DNA of 64,000 bases from Bacteroidota bacterium (GTDB taxonomy: Bacteria > Bacteroidota > Bacteroidia > J057 > JADKCL01): positions 11,218 to 75,217 of the forward strand of contig JANPHP010000343.1 of NCBI GenBank assembly GCA_031424495.1, written 5' to 3'. Position 1 is the first letter of the stretch. Every line of letters starts with the position of its first letter. The notes below the pieces were generated by a model. That model worked only from the letters and a program-made list of their open reading frames with translations. It searched no databases and was not told where the DNA came from. The position numbers were made by a program, and so were the translations under genes. Shown here one piece after another: positions 48,190 to 56,668 of this stretch.

Positions 48190-49257
48190 ATGATAGACCC
48201 TCATTCGCAAACGCTACGGTGGATACAAACTGTTTCTGTGCAACAGAAGATTTCAGACAAAGTTTTGCTTGAAAAGACCATTCGTGCATTGACGCTATTG
48301 GAGTGCCTGGTCGCTCAGGACTTGCAATTTGTCTTCAAAGGTGGTACTGCCTTAATGCTCCTCCTTCAAACCAGCCGAAGGCTGTCGATCGATATTGATA
48401 TCATCATGGTGCAAGCACGCGAGGATCTCATGTCACAGTTGCAGTTGGCAGCGGCACGAGGAGGTTTTTTGCGGGTTGAGGAACATGCACGTGGACACCG
48501 TACAGGGTTAAGAAAGGCGCATTTCAAGTTTTGGTATGTGCCAAGCTTTCAAACCAATCAAAAGGAAGACTACGTTTTGCTTGATATTGTCTTTGAGCCA
48601 ATTCGCTATCTGAAAGTGACCAATCTCCCGATCACATCACCCTTGTTGATGCAGAGCGATATTCCCATGTTGGTGCCGATGCCCTCGGTCGAAGACATCC
48701 TGGGCGACAAACTCACTGCTTTTGCCCCAGCGACGACCGGAATCCCTTATTTCAAGGATGGAGTTTCCAAGTCGATGGAAATCATCAAACAACTTTTCGA
48801 CATCGGCTGTCTTTTCGATCTCGTGGAGGATCTTGATCGTTTGCAGGCAGCCTTTTTTGCATTTGTACGCTCAGAATTGGCTTATCGCAGCATCGAATCG
48901 CAAGACTTGACCGTTGTCCTCAATGATATAATCGATACAGCATATTGTATATCCACACGAGGAAAGTATGCACCTCAAGATTTTGGCGAATTGCAAGCGG
49001 GAATCCAACGCGTGCAATCATTCATTTTCTCGGAGAGCTACCACTTGGACAAGGCTATCACCCATGCTGCAAAGGCGGCCTATCTCGCCAAAGCAATTAT
49101 GGCAAATGCAGAGAAGCTATATTTCTTTGATCGGGAGCACGCGATCGGCTTGGAGTTGATTGCAGGTGCCGAAAGAAATCATTTGAACAAACTAAAGAAG
49201 TCGAATCTGGAAGCTTTCTTTTTTTGGCATCAAGCGCTTGCCTTAGATGCTGGCTAA
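48190..49257 (+). CDS. AbiEii/AbiGii nucleotidyltransferase toxin
   Basis: FKGGTAL, RLSIDIDI, GDKLTAF and KQLFD motifs. Confidence 0.9.
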   Translation: MIDPHSQTLRWIQTVSVQQKISDKVLLEKTIRALTLLECLVAQDLQFVFKGGTALMLLLQTSRRLSIDIDIIMVQAREDLMSQLQLAAARGGFLRVEEHARGHRTGLRKAHFKFWYVPSFQTNQKEDYVLLDIVFEPIRYLKVTNLPITSPLLMQSDIPMLVPMPSVEDILGDKLTAFAPATTGIPYFKDGVSKSMEIIKQLFDIGCLFDLVEDLDRLQAAFFAFVRSELAYRSIESQDLTVVLNDIIDTAYCISTRGKYAPQDFGELQAGIQRVQSFIFSESYHLDKAITHAAKAAYLAKAIMANAEKLYFFDREHAIGLELIAGAERNHLNKLKKSNLEAFFFWHQALALDAG

Positions 49258-49366
49258 TTTTTTCAATATCCCCCCCCCCGTCCAATAATCTGTGCAACCC
49301 CAGGCCTGCAAGTGCAGTATTATTCATGCAGGTGCTTTTAATTCGCAGACTTGAAAATTGCTGGAT

Positions 49367-50149
49367 ATGCAGAAGAATGAGAATCGCGCGCAATGGATGC
49401 GGCAAATGGGTTTGAAGGGTGGACTGTTGCTCACGCTTGTGATGCTGCTGATTGCCTGCGTGGCCAAGCAGTCTCCGCATCATGCTGCGGAACCGCAGCT
49501 GATCGGCAGTCAGCAAATCAGCGATGTGGAGCTGAACAAGTTTGAGCCCGAGATGATGCGTTTTGATTCCTTGCTGCTTTCGGCAGTCGAGCCCAAGGGT
49601 GGCATCGTGTTCGCTGGTAGTTCCAGCATCCGCAAATGGGATAGCCTTGTCAAGGACATGAAGCCCTTGCCAGTGGTAAACCGTGGTTTTGGCGGTGCCA
49701 TTATCAAACAAGTCACTCATCAATCGACACGCTTGATCGTGCCACTGCATCCCAAGCTCATCGTATTTTACTGTGGCGAAAACGACATTGCCAACGATGT
49801 CTATCCCGCCGAGATGCCTCTGAACGATTTCAAGGCATTCACCAAGTCGATGCACCAAAAACTTCCCGGCACTGGCATCCTCTTTGTCTCCCTCAAACCT
49901 TCACCACTGCGCTGGAAATATTGGGGCAAGTTTCAGCAGACCAACCGACTCATCAAGGACTATGTACAAACGCAAGAACGCATGTGGTATGTCGATGTAA
50001 GTGCTCCGATGCTCAATCCCCAAGGATTGCCACGTCCAGAGCTGTTTGGCAGCGATTCCTTGCACATGAGTCTCGCAGGATATGCCCTCTGGACCCGCAT
50101 CCTGAAACCGCATGTGGCGCAGTACTTTGATGAATTGAGCCAAAACTAG
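49367..50149 (+). CDS. SGNH/GDSL hydrolase lipoprotein
   Basis: Lipobox LIAC, then GSSS, NRGFGG, GEND and DSLH motifs. Confidence 0.88.
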   Translation: MQKNENRAQWMRQMGLKGGLLLTLVMLLIACVAKQSPHHAAEPQLIGSQQISDVELNKFEPEMMRFDSLLLSAVEPKGGIVFAGSSSIRKWDSLVKDMKPLPVVNRGFGGAIIKQVTHQSTRLIVPLHPKLIVFYCGENDIANDVYPAEMPLNDFKAFTKSMHQKLPGTGILFVSLKPSPLRWKYWGKFQQTNRLIKDYVQTQERMWYVDVSAPMLNPQGLPRPELFGSDSLHMSLAGYALWTRILKPHVAQYFDELSQN

Positions 50150-50214
50150 CATTGAGGGCCACGGTCCGTGAACATCGGTAGTGGAGAAGCGTGGAAAATT
50201 TCTAAATTTGGATC

Positions 50215-51825
50215 GTGGGATTCATGGAGTTAAACTATTATCGACTCAGGCGCTTGTTCTGCGGTATCGTTGTGCTTTTTTGCACGGGGTCGGTCGATGC
50301 CCAAGTGATTTCCACCTATCCGGGACTCAATGCCCAAGCCCAACTCATATTGCATTTGGATGGCCTAGAAAGCAGCTGGGAGGTGATGAATGCACGGGCT
50401 CTGGAATCCAATATGGAATCGACCGCTCCCGAGGTGGTGCTGCCGACAGAGGAGGCACTCGCCAAGGAACTTCGATTGGTAATGGGGGATGTGAAACTCT
50501 CGCTCACGCAACGCGTTCGTGACTTTATCATACTTTTTGCGAAGCAGCGCCGCCATAGTACGGAGGCGATGCTAGGCGTTGCGACCATCTATGCACCCGT
50601 CATCGATCGCAAAATCACCGAACTCAAAATGCCGCCCGTGCTTGGGTTCTTTCCGGCAGCCCTGTCGGCCTTTCACCTGCGGGCGATTTCACAAGACGGC
50701 GCAGCCGGGCTCTGGCAACTCAATTATTATGTGGCCATCAAGCAGGGCTTGGTCTGCAATGCAACAGTCGATGAGCGTCGTGACCTCTACCTGAGCACGC
50801 GCGCAGCCCTCAATTACCTCGCCGAACTGAACAAGGATTACCACGACTGGGCTGTGAGTCTAGCGGCTTACACCTGTGGGCCTGCAGGGATAGCGCGTGC
50901 GCGGCAACGCGCTGGCGCAAATGCGGGTTTTGATCAGCTCTATGCTTTTCTCCCAGCAAGTGGGCGCGACTATGTGCCCGCATTCGCGGCAGCCGTTTAT
51001 GTGTTTACGCATACGAGGCAGCTGGGTCTCAGGCCCCTCGCAATGGAGGTGATGCCTTTGCCAGACCGCATTCAACTACAGGAACCACTCCGTTTTTCCC
51101 ATGTGGCCCAAGCGCTCGGCATTCCTGAGGACAAATTGCGCAACCTCAATCCCGTTTGCCGCACAGAGATCATCCCTGGCATCAACATGCCCGTGCAGCT
51201 TTGTTTGCCGCAGGGTTATGGGCAACGATTTGCCGCGCTCAAGGACTCCATCTACACGTTGCAACTCCGCACCGACGCCGCTGAAAAGAAACTTGAACCC
51301 AAGCCCGAGGCCACGAGTGGCGAAACCAATGAGCCTAGCAAGCTCAAAAGCATATCGGTGGCACCAGTGCCGATCAAGCCCTATGCGCCGCCAACAGGCA
51401 CGGTACCGCTCGTGTACACCATCAAGTCGGGCGACAATACAGGCCTCATTGCGCAGTGGTTTGGCATCCCCGTCAAGGATTTGAAACTGATGAATGGCTT
51501 GAAAAGCGACAATATCAAGGCTGGCGATCAACTCACCATCCACGTAGCCAAAGCAAGGGCAGCAAGCCTCGGCAAGCTCGACGGCATGAGCTTCGAGCAA
51601 AAGCAAGCCTCCGTCGGCGGCACGGCGCCCGCGCCGCTGCCCAAAATTGAGGCGCTGCCTAGCAATGGTGCCTATGTCATTCACACCGTAAAATCAGGCG
51701 AAAACCTCTGGCTCATCGCCAAGCAATATCCTGGCGTCACCACCGAGGCGATCATGAAAGCCAACGGCGTGACACCCAAATTGCAACCTGGAATGAAACT
51801 CAAAATCCCGAAGGTCACCAAGTGA
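50215..51825 (+). CDS. MltD-like SLT + LysM protein, catalytic Glu apparently lost
   Basis: GAAGLWQL, VDERRD...TRAA..YL, AAYTCG and two or three LysM domains. PAALSA where PxxESA is expected. Confidence 0.85.
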   Translation: MGFMELNYYRLRRLFCGIVVLFCTGSVDAQVISTYPGLNAQAQLILHLDGLESSWEVMNARALESNMESTAPEVVLPTEEALAKELRLVMGDVKLSLTQRVRDFIILFAKQRRHSTEAMLGVATIYAPVIDRKITELKMPPVLGFFPAALSAFHLRAISQDGAAGLWQLNYYVAIKQGLVCNATVDERRDLYLSTRAALNYLAELNKDYHDWAVSLAAYTCGPAGIARARQRAGANAGFDQLYAFLPASGRDYVPAFAAAVYVFTHTRQLGLRPLAMEVMPLPDRIQLQEPLRFSHVAQALGIPEDKLRNLNPVCRTEIIPGINMPVQLCLPQGYGQRFAALKDSIYTLQLRTDAAEKKLEPKPEATSGETNEPSKLKSISVAPVPIKPYAPPTGTVPLVYTIKSGDNTGLIAQWFGIPVKDLKLMNGLKSDNIKAGDQLTIHVAKARAASLGKLDGMSFEQKQASVGGTAPAPLPKIEALPSNGAYVIHTVKSGENLWLIAKQYPGVTTEAIMKANGVTPKLQPGMKLKIPKVTK

Positions 51826-53348
51826 AGCTAGAGCAACCCGATAAGGAAATCAAAGCTGCAAGCGTGCAACCGTGGTACGTGTTGGTTTTTGTGAGTGCGG
51901 TAATCGCCGTATTGGGTGTCATTTCGTTTTTTTATCCCAAGGGTGGCATTCACGTGGGCTTGTCGGTTGGGGACACAGAGATCGTCCCTGAGTTCAGATT
52001 GTTTTTCCCGACTTGGGCGGATTGGTTTGAGCGCGATACGACCAAAGCTGCCGACATCAACACGATCGTTGCCAATTTGGAGGGGCCTGTCGAGTCCTCG
52101 GCCGCCGCTAGCTTGGATACCAACGGGCGGTTTGTGAAATCGGCCGACCTTGCCAGCCAACCCAAGTCGATCCAATATCCTGACAACGATCCCAGCATTC
52201 TTTTTTCTGTTTTTGAGGGTTTGGAGCAATCCCAAAATGCCAGCAAGCCAGTGCGGGTTTTGCACTTTGGGGATTCGCAGATCGAGGGCGACCGCATGAG
52301 TTCCCTGTTCCGTGCACGCATCCAGGAAAAGTTTGGCGGCGGCGGGCCGGGTTTGGTCGCTGCCAAGCCCCTCACCAGCTCGATGTCGGTGGTTGTGGAG
52401 TATGCCGAATCCATGCAGCGCTATGCCCAGTTTGGCTTTGGTGACAATTCCGTCAAGCATCGTCGCTACGGAGCCATGGCGACCTTTTGCCGATTTGGGC
52501 CGATTACCCCAGACAGCACGTTCACCGAAACTGAATTGCAAACAGGATGGGTGAGCTTGAGCGTGTCGCGGGCAGCCTACGCGACCAGCAAAAATTTCAA
52601 TACCTTGAAAATGTTCTACGGCTTCAACCGCAGCGAGGTCAATGTCAAGGTCTTCTTGGACGATGTCTTGTTTGCGGATGATAATCTGCCTGCCAATAAG
52701 ACGCTCAAGGTCAAGCGTTGGAAACTGGACAAGACCCCCAACAAGATCATGATCATCATGGAGGGATTTGACAGTCCAGACTTGTATGGATTGAGTTTGG
52801 AAAGCAGTGCAGGGGTCGTGCTCGACAATATTTCCATGCGGGGCAGTTCGGGAACCTCCTTTACAGCCTTGGAGACAGTGCCTTTCAGGCCGATGGTGGA
52901 TAGTTTGAATCCGAAGCTCATTCTCTTGCAATATGGCGGTAATACAGTGCCTTACATCAAGGATATCAAAGCGGCCCAGGGTTATGGGCACAACTTCAAG
53001 GCGCAGATTATGCACCTCAAGAACATGTTTCCAGGTGTGGGCATCATTGTGATCGGCCCGAGCGACATGAGCACGATGATCGATGGCAAGATGCAGAGCT
53101 ACCCCAACTTGCCCAATGTACGAGATGCGTTGCGGCAGGCGGCATTTGATGCTGGAGCGGCATTTTTTGATATCTACGAAGCCATGGGCGGTCAAAATTC
53201 GATGATCGAATGGGCCGAGGCCGACCCGCCTTTGGCGGCTGCAGATTATGTACACTTCTCGCCGCAAGGCGCGCGCATCATCGCCGAGGCCTTTATCAAG
53301 TCATTCATGGCCGACTATGAGGCCTACCACCGAGCACGCATCAATTGA
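51822..53348 (+). CDS. Membrane-anchored SGNH protein (PatB/Ape-like O-acetyltransferase or esterase)
   Basis: TM anchor, HFGDSQIEGD, QYGGN and ADYVHF motifs. GTGA overlap with the upstream gene. Confidence 0.82.
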   Translation: MKLEQPDKEIKAASVQPWYVLVFVSAVIAVLGVISFFYPKGGIHVGLSVGDTEIVPEFRLFFPTWADWFERDTTKAADINTIVANLEGPVESSAAASLDTNGRFVKSADLASQPKSIQYPDNDPSILFSVFEGLEQSQNASKPVRVLHFGDSQIEGDRMSSLFRARIQEKFGGGGPGLVAAKPLTSSMSVVVEYAESMQRYAQFGFGDNSVKHRRYGAMATFCRFGPITPDSTFTETELQTGWVSLSVSRAAYATSKNFNTLKMFYGFNRSEVNVKVFLDDVLFADDNLPANKTLKVKRWKLDKTPNKIMIIMEGFDSPDLYGLSLESSAGVVLDNISMRGSSGTSFTALETVPFRPMVDSLNPKLILLQYGGNTVPYIKDIKAAQGYGHNFKAQIMHLKNMFPGVGIIVIGPSDMSTMIDGKMQSYPNLPNVRDALRQAAFDAGAAFFDIYEAMGGQNSMIEWAEADPPLAAADYVHFSPQGARIIAEAFIKSFMADYEAYHRARIN

Positions 53349-54631
53349 GGAAGGCGACCACATATCGTCGATGGGTCGTGCAGGCCCTGCTGCGGGGAAT
53401 GCTAGGCTTCCTTTGCTTGGGTGGACTGGCGCAGGCGCAGCAAGATTTCCCCTACGCCGTGAAGCGCTATGAATTCCTGCAACTCGATAAAAACCAATTG
53501 ACCTTGCCGGGCTCGCAGAATGTGCTCGACAAGCTTTTTACAAAATTTGACCGCATCCTCTTCTCAGGCATTGGGCAGGCCCATATCGTGCACATCGGCG
53601 GCTCACATATCCAGGCGGATATGTGGAGCGACCGCATGCGGCAGCGCCTGCAGCACTTCTTTCCCGGCACCGAGGCGACGCGTGGCTTGCTGTTCCCTTA
53701 CAACATGGCCCACACCAACAATCCCTCCAATTACTTCACAGAATATACCGGTTCTTGGGAGTCCTGTCGCAATGTGCAATGGAATCGCGCCTGTGACCTC
53801 GGGCTCACGGGCATCTCAGTCACCACACGCGATAGCCTTTGCCGTATCAAGGTCAGCTTCAGAGGAGCAGGTTATCCGCAGTATGAATTCAATCGCCTAC
53901 GGGTATTTCACTCGATGGACAGCACTTCCTACGGGTTGCGTGTGATCAATTCCGGGGTGAATGCAGGAGCGGAGCAAGTGTTGCAAGAGGGATGCACGCG
54001 GTTCAAGCTCGGCACTTTTCAAAGTTATATCGAGTTAGAAATCAAGAAGACCGCACCTTGGCAAAACCATTTTACCTTGTTTGGCATCAGCATGGAGAGC
54101 GATGACCCCGGCTTTGTGTACCATGCAATGGGGGTGAATGGCGCCGCGACCAATAGCTACCTGCGCTGCAACCTCATGGAGCAGCACCTACGGGCGCTCA
54201 AACCCGACATGGTGATCTTCTCGGTCGGCATCAACGATGCCAACACCACCGAATTCAACAGCCCGCTCTATGAGCGCAACTACGATTCGCTTGTCGCACG
54301 TGTGCATCGTGCCTCGCCCGATGCCGCGGTGATGTTTACCACCAACAACGACAGCTATTACCAGAAAAGATACCCCAACAAAAACGCCGAAAAAGTGCGT
54401 GCGTCGATGCTCAAGCTCGCCAAAAAGCACAATGCGGTCGTTTGGGACCTCTACGAGGTCATGGGTGGGTTGGGCGCGATCAAGGAGTGGCAGGCCGCAG
54501 GCCTCGCCAATTCAGACAAGATCCACCTGCTCAAACCCGGCTACGAGCTCGTAGCCGACCTCATGTTCAGTGCGCTCATGCAAGCCTATGAGCAGCATCT
54601 GCATCTCATGTACCAAGCCAACCAAAAATAG
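53345..54631 (+). CDS. Periplasmic SGNH protein (PatB/Ape-like)
   Basis: HIGGSHIQAD, GVNGA, GIND and DKIH motifs. TTGA overlap with the upstream gene. Confidence 0.82.
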   Translation: MRKATTYRRWVVQALLRGMLGFLCLGGLAQAQQDFPYAVKRYEFLQLDKNQLTLPGSQNVLDKLFTKFDRILFSGIGQAHIVHIGGSHIQADMWSDRMRQRLQHFFPGTEATRGLLFPYNMAHTNNPSNYFTEYTGSWESCRNVQWNRACDLGLTGISVTTRDSLCRIKVSFRGAGYPQYEFNRLRVFHSMDSTSYGLRVINSGVNAGAEQVLQEGCTRFKLGTFQSYIELEIKKTAPWQNHFTLFGISMESDDPGFVYHAMGVNGAATNSYLRCNLMEQHLRALKPDMVIFSVGINDANTTEFNSPLYERNYDSLVARVHRASPDAAVMFTTNNDSYYQKRYPNKNAEKVRASMLKLAKKHNAVVWDLYEVMGGLGAIKEWQAAGLANSDKIHLLKPGYELVADLMFSALMQAYEQHLHLMYQANQK

Positions 54632-54644
54632 GAAACCGACGACT

Positions 54645-56342
54645 GTGGAACTGCTGCGCAACATATTTGGACTGAATATTGAGATCCCACTCTTGTTCAC
54701 GCAGTTTTATTTCTGGGGATTTTTTGTGACCGTGTTGGCGGTGTTTGCGGTGATTCAGCGCGAGAAATTGGCGAGGAATACCTTTCTGTTTGTGGTGAGC
54801 ATATTCTTCTACTACAAGACAGGCGGATTCTTCTTTGTCTTGTTGCTGTCCTCCACAGTCATCGACTATTTTGTAGGCCTTTCGATCCACCGCGCGGCGC
54901 GAAAGGGGGAAAAGCTCGGGTTTCTGATTTTTGCGATCGTTTACAACTTGCTGGTCTTGAGCTATTTCAAGTACAGCTACTTCTTTACCGAATCTTTCAA
55001 CGATGTGTTTGGCACCTCGGTGGTGTACCATAACCATTTCAGTGTCTGGGTCAATCAGATTCAAGACGTACTTTCAGCGGCGTTGGACATGAAAATCGGG
55101 CGCACCTTGCCCATCGACAAGCTCATCCCGCCGATCGGTGTTTCGTTTTTCACCTTTCAGACGATTTCTTATGCCATCGACGTGTACCGTGGCGATGTGA
55201 AGCCCGTGCGCAACATTCTGGACTTCGGCTTTTTTGTGAGCTACTTCCCGCAGCTCGTGGCTGGGCCGATCGTGCGTGCATCGGATTTCATTCCGCAGAT
55301 CTATCAGCCCTATCAGGTGACGCGCCGCGAGTTTGGCATCGCCGTGTTTTGGGTGCTGCGCGGACTCATCAAAAAGCTGGTCTTTGCCGACTTCATCGCC
55401 GTGAATTTTGTGGACCGCATTTTTGCGAATCCTGAGCTCTATACGGGTTTTGAAAATCTAGTTGGGGTATACGGCTATTCGCTCGTGGTCTATGGCGACT
55501 TCTCAGGCTATACCGACATCGCCATCGGCATTTCGCTCATGATGGGATTCAGGTTGCCAGTCAATTTCAATTCGCCTTACAAAGCGCGCAGCGTGGCCGA
55601 GTTTTGGCGGCGATGGCATATTTCCTTGTCGACTTGGTTGCGCGACTACTTGTACAAGCCGCTGGGCGGCAACAAAGGTGCTACTGTGGTGACTTGGGCG
55701 TTTTATGGCCTGTTGCCCTTGATCGCCTTGGCTGTTTTTGGGTGGGATTACCTACCCGCAATTTTGATTGTGAGTGCGGGCGTTGCTGCCTTGCTGCTCT
55801 TTCTCGACCTCAAGTATCCGGAGACGCGGTTGGAAATGGCCGTGAGCGCCAACCTGCTCATCACCATGCTGCTCGGCGGCTTCTGGCATGGCGCAAGTTG
55901 GATGTTCATTATCTGGGCGGCGCTCAATGGATCTGCCCTCGTCGTGTACAAGTATTGGAAACGAATCAGCCCCTACGAGGGCCGCACGGAGTGGTATTGG
56001 GTGGCTTGGTCGGTGTTTTTTACCTTCAGTTTCATCTCATTCACCCGCATCTGGTTCCGCTCCCCCAACCTCGAGATCGCCAATGCACTGTTGCACAACA
56101 TCAGGCACAACTTTGGTTTTGAACACATCCGAGCAGTGATCGACAACTACTTCAGGGTGTTTTATGTAATGTATGCTGGCTTGGTAATCCACTGGGCGCC
56201 AAGTAGCTTTAAGCAAGAGGTGATCGATAAATTTGTCGATCTGCCTTTGGTAGCCAAGGTCCTCGTCACAGCAGGGATCATATTCTTGGTTTTGCAAGTG
56301 ACTTCGAGCGGCTTGCAGCCGTTTATCTACTTCCAATTCTGA
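54645..56342 (+). CDS. MBOAT O-acyltransferase (PatA/AlgI-like)
   Basis: PIGVSFFTFQ, FPQLVAGPI, DFSGYTD, FWRRWHISLS, GFWHGA and terminal FIYFQF. Confidence 0.93.
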   Translation: MELLRNIFGLNIEIPLLFTQFYFWGFFVTVLAVFAVIQREKLARNTFLFVVSIFFYYKTGGFFFVLLLSSTVIDYFVGLSIHRAARKGEKLGFLIFAIVYNLLVLSYFKYSYFFTESFNDVFGTSVVYHNHFSVWVNQIQDVLSAALDMKIGRTLPIDKLIPPIGVSFFTFQTISYAIDVYRGDVKPVRNILDFGFFVSYFPQLVAGPIVRASDFIPQIYQPYQVTRREFGIAVFWVLRGLIKKLVFADFIAVNFVDRIFANPELYTGFENLVGVYGYSLVVYGDFSGYTDIAIGISLMMGFRLPVNFNSPYKARSVAEFWRRWHISLSTWLRDYLYKPLGGNKGATVVTWAFYGLLPLIALAVFGWDYLPAILIVSAGVAALLLFLDLKYPETRLEMAVSANLLITMLLGGFWHGASWMFIIWAALNGSALVVYKYWKRISPYEGRTEWYWVAWSVFFTFSFISFTRIWFRSPNLEIANALLHNIRHNFGFEHIRAVIDNYFRVFYVMYAGLVIHWAPSSFKQEVIDKFVDLPLVAKVLVTAGIIFLVLQVTSSGLQPFIYFQF

Positions 56343-56668
56343 GCAGAATTTACAGAATTTTCCGAATCAGTTTTGGTGTTGAATTCTGGGTGGCTAGTGT
56401 TGGGCAGTATTTGGAGCAGAATATACAGAATTTTCCGAACCGATGTTGGTGTTGAATTCTGGGTGTTGAGCTGAGTAGAATTTGGAGCAGAATATACAGA
56501 ATTTTCCGAATCAATTCTGGTGTTGAATTCTGGGTGGCTAGTGTTGGGCGGTATTTGGAGCAGAATTTACAGAATTTTCGGAACTGATTCTGGTGTTGAA
56601 TTAGCTGCGCTGAATGGCGTAGAATTCAACATAGCGCTGAATTCTGGAAATTCGGAAAATTCTGCTCA
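56340..56668. repeat. Array of four 71-73 bp tandem units closed by an inverted end
   Basis: Units start at 56341, 56414, 56485 and 56558 (gagcagaatWtacagaattttcSgaa). Inverted head at 56640-56668. Confidence 0.9.

Noticed and set aside
56341-56600. CRISPR array (period ~72 bp)
   Set aside because: The would-be spacers are homologous to each other (units 1 and 3 nearly identical), the repeats vary, and there are no cas genes.
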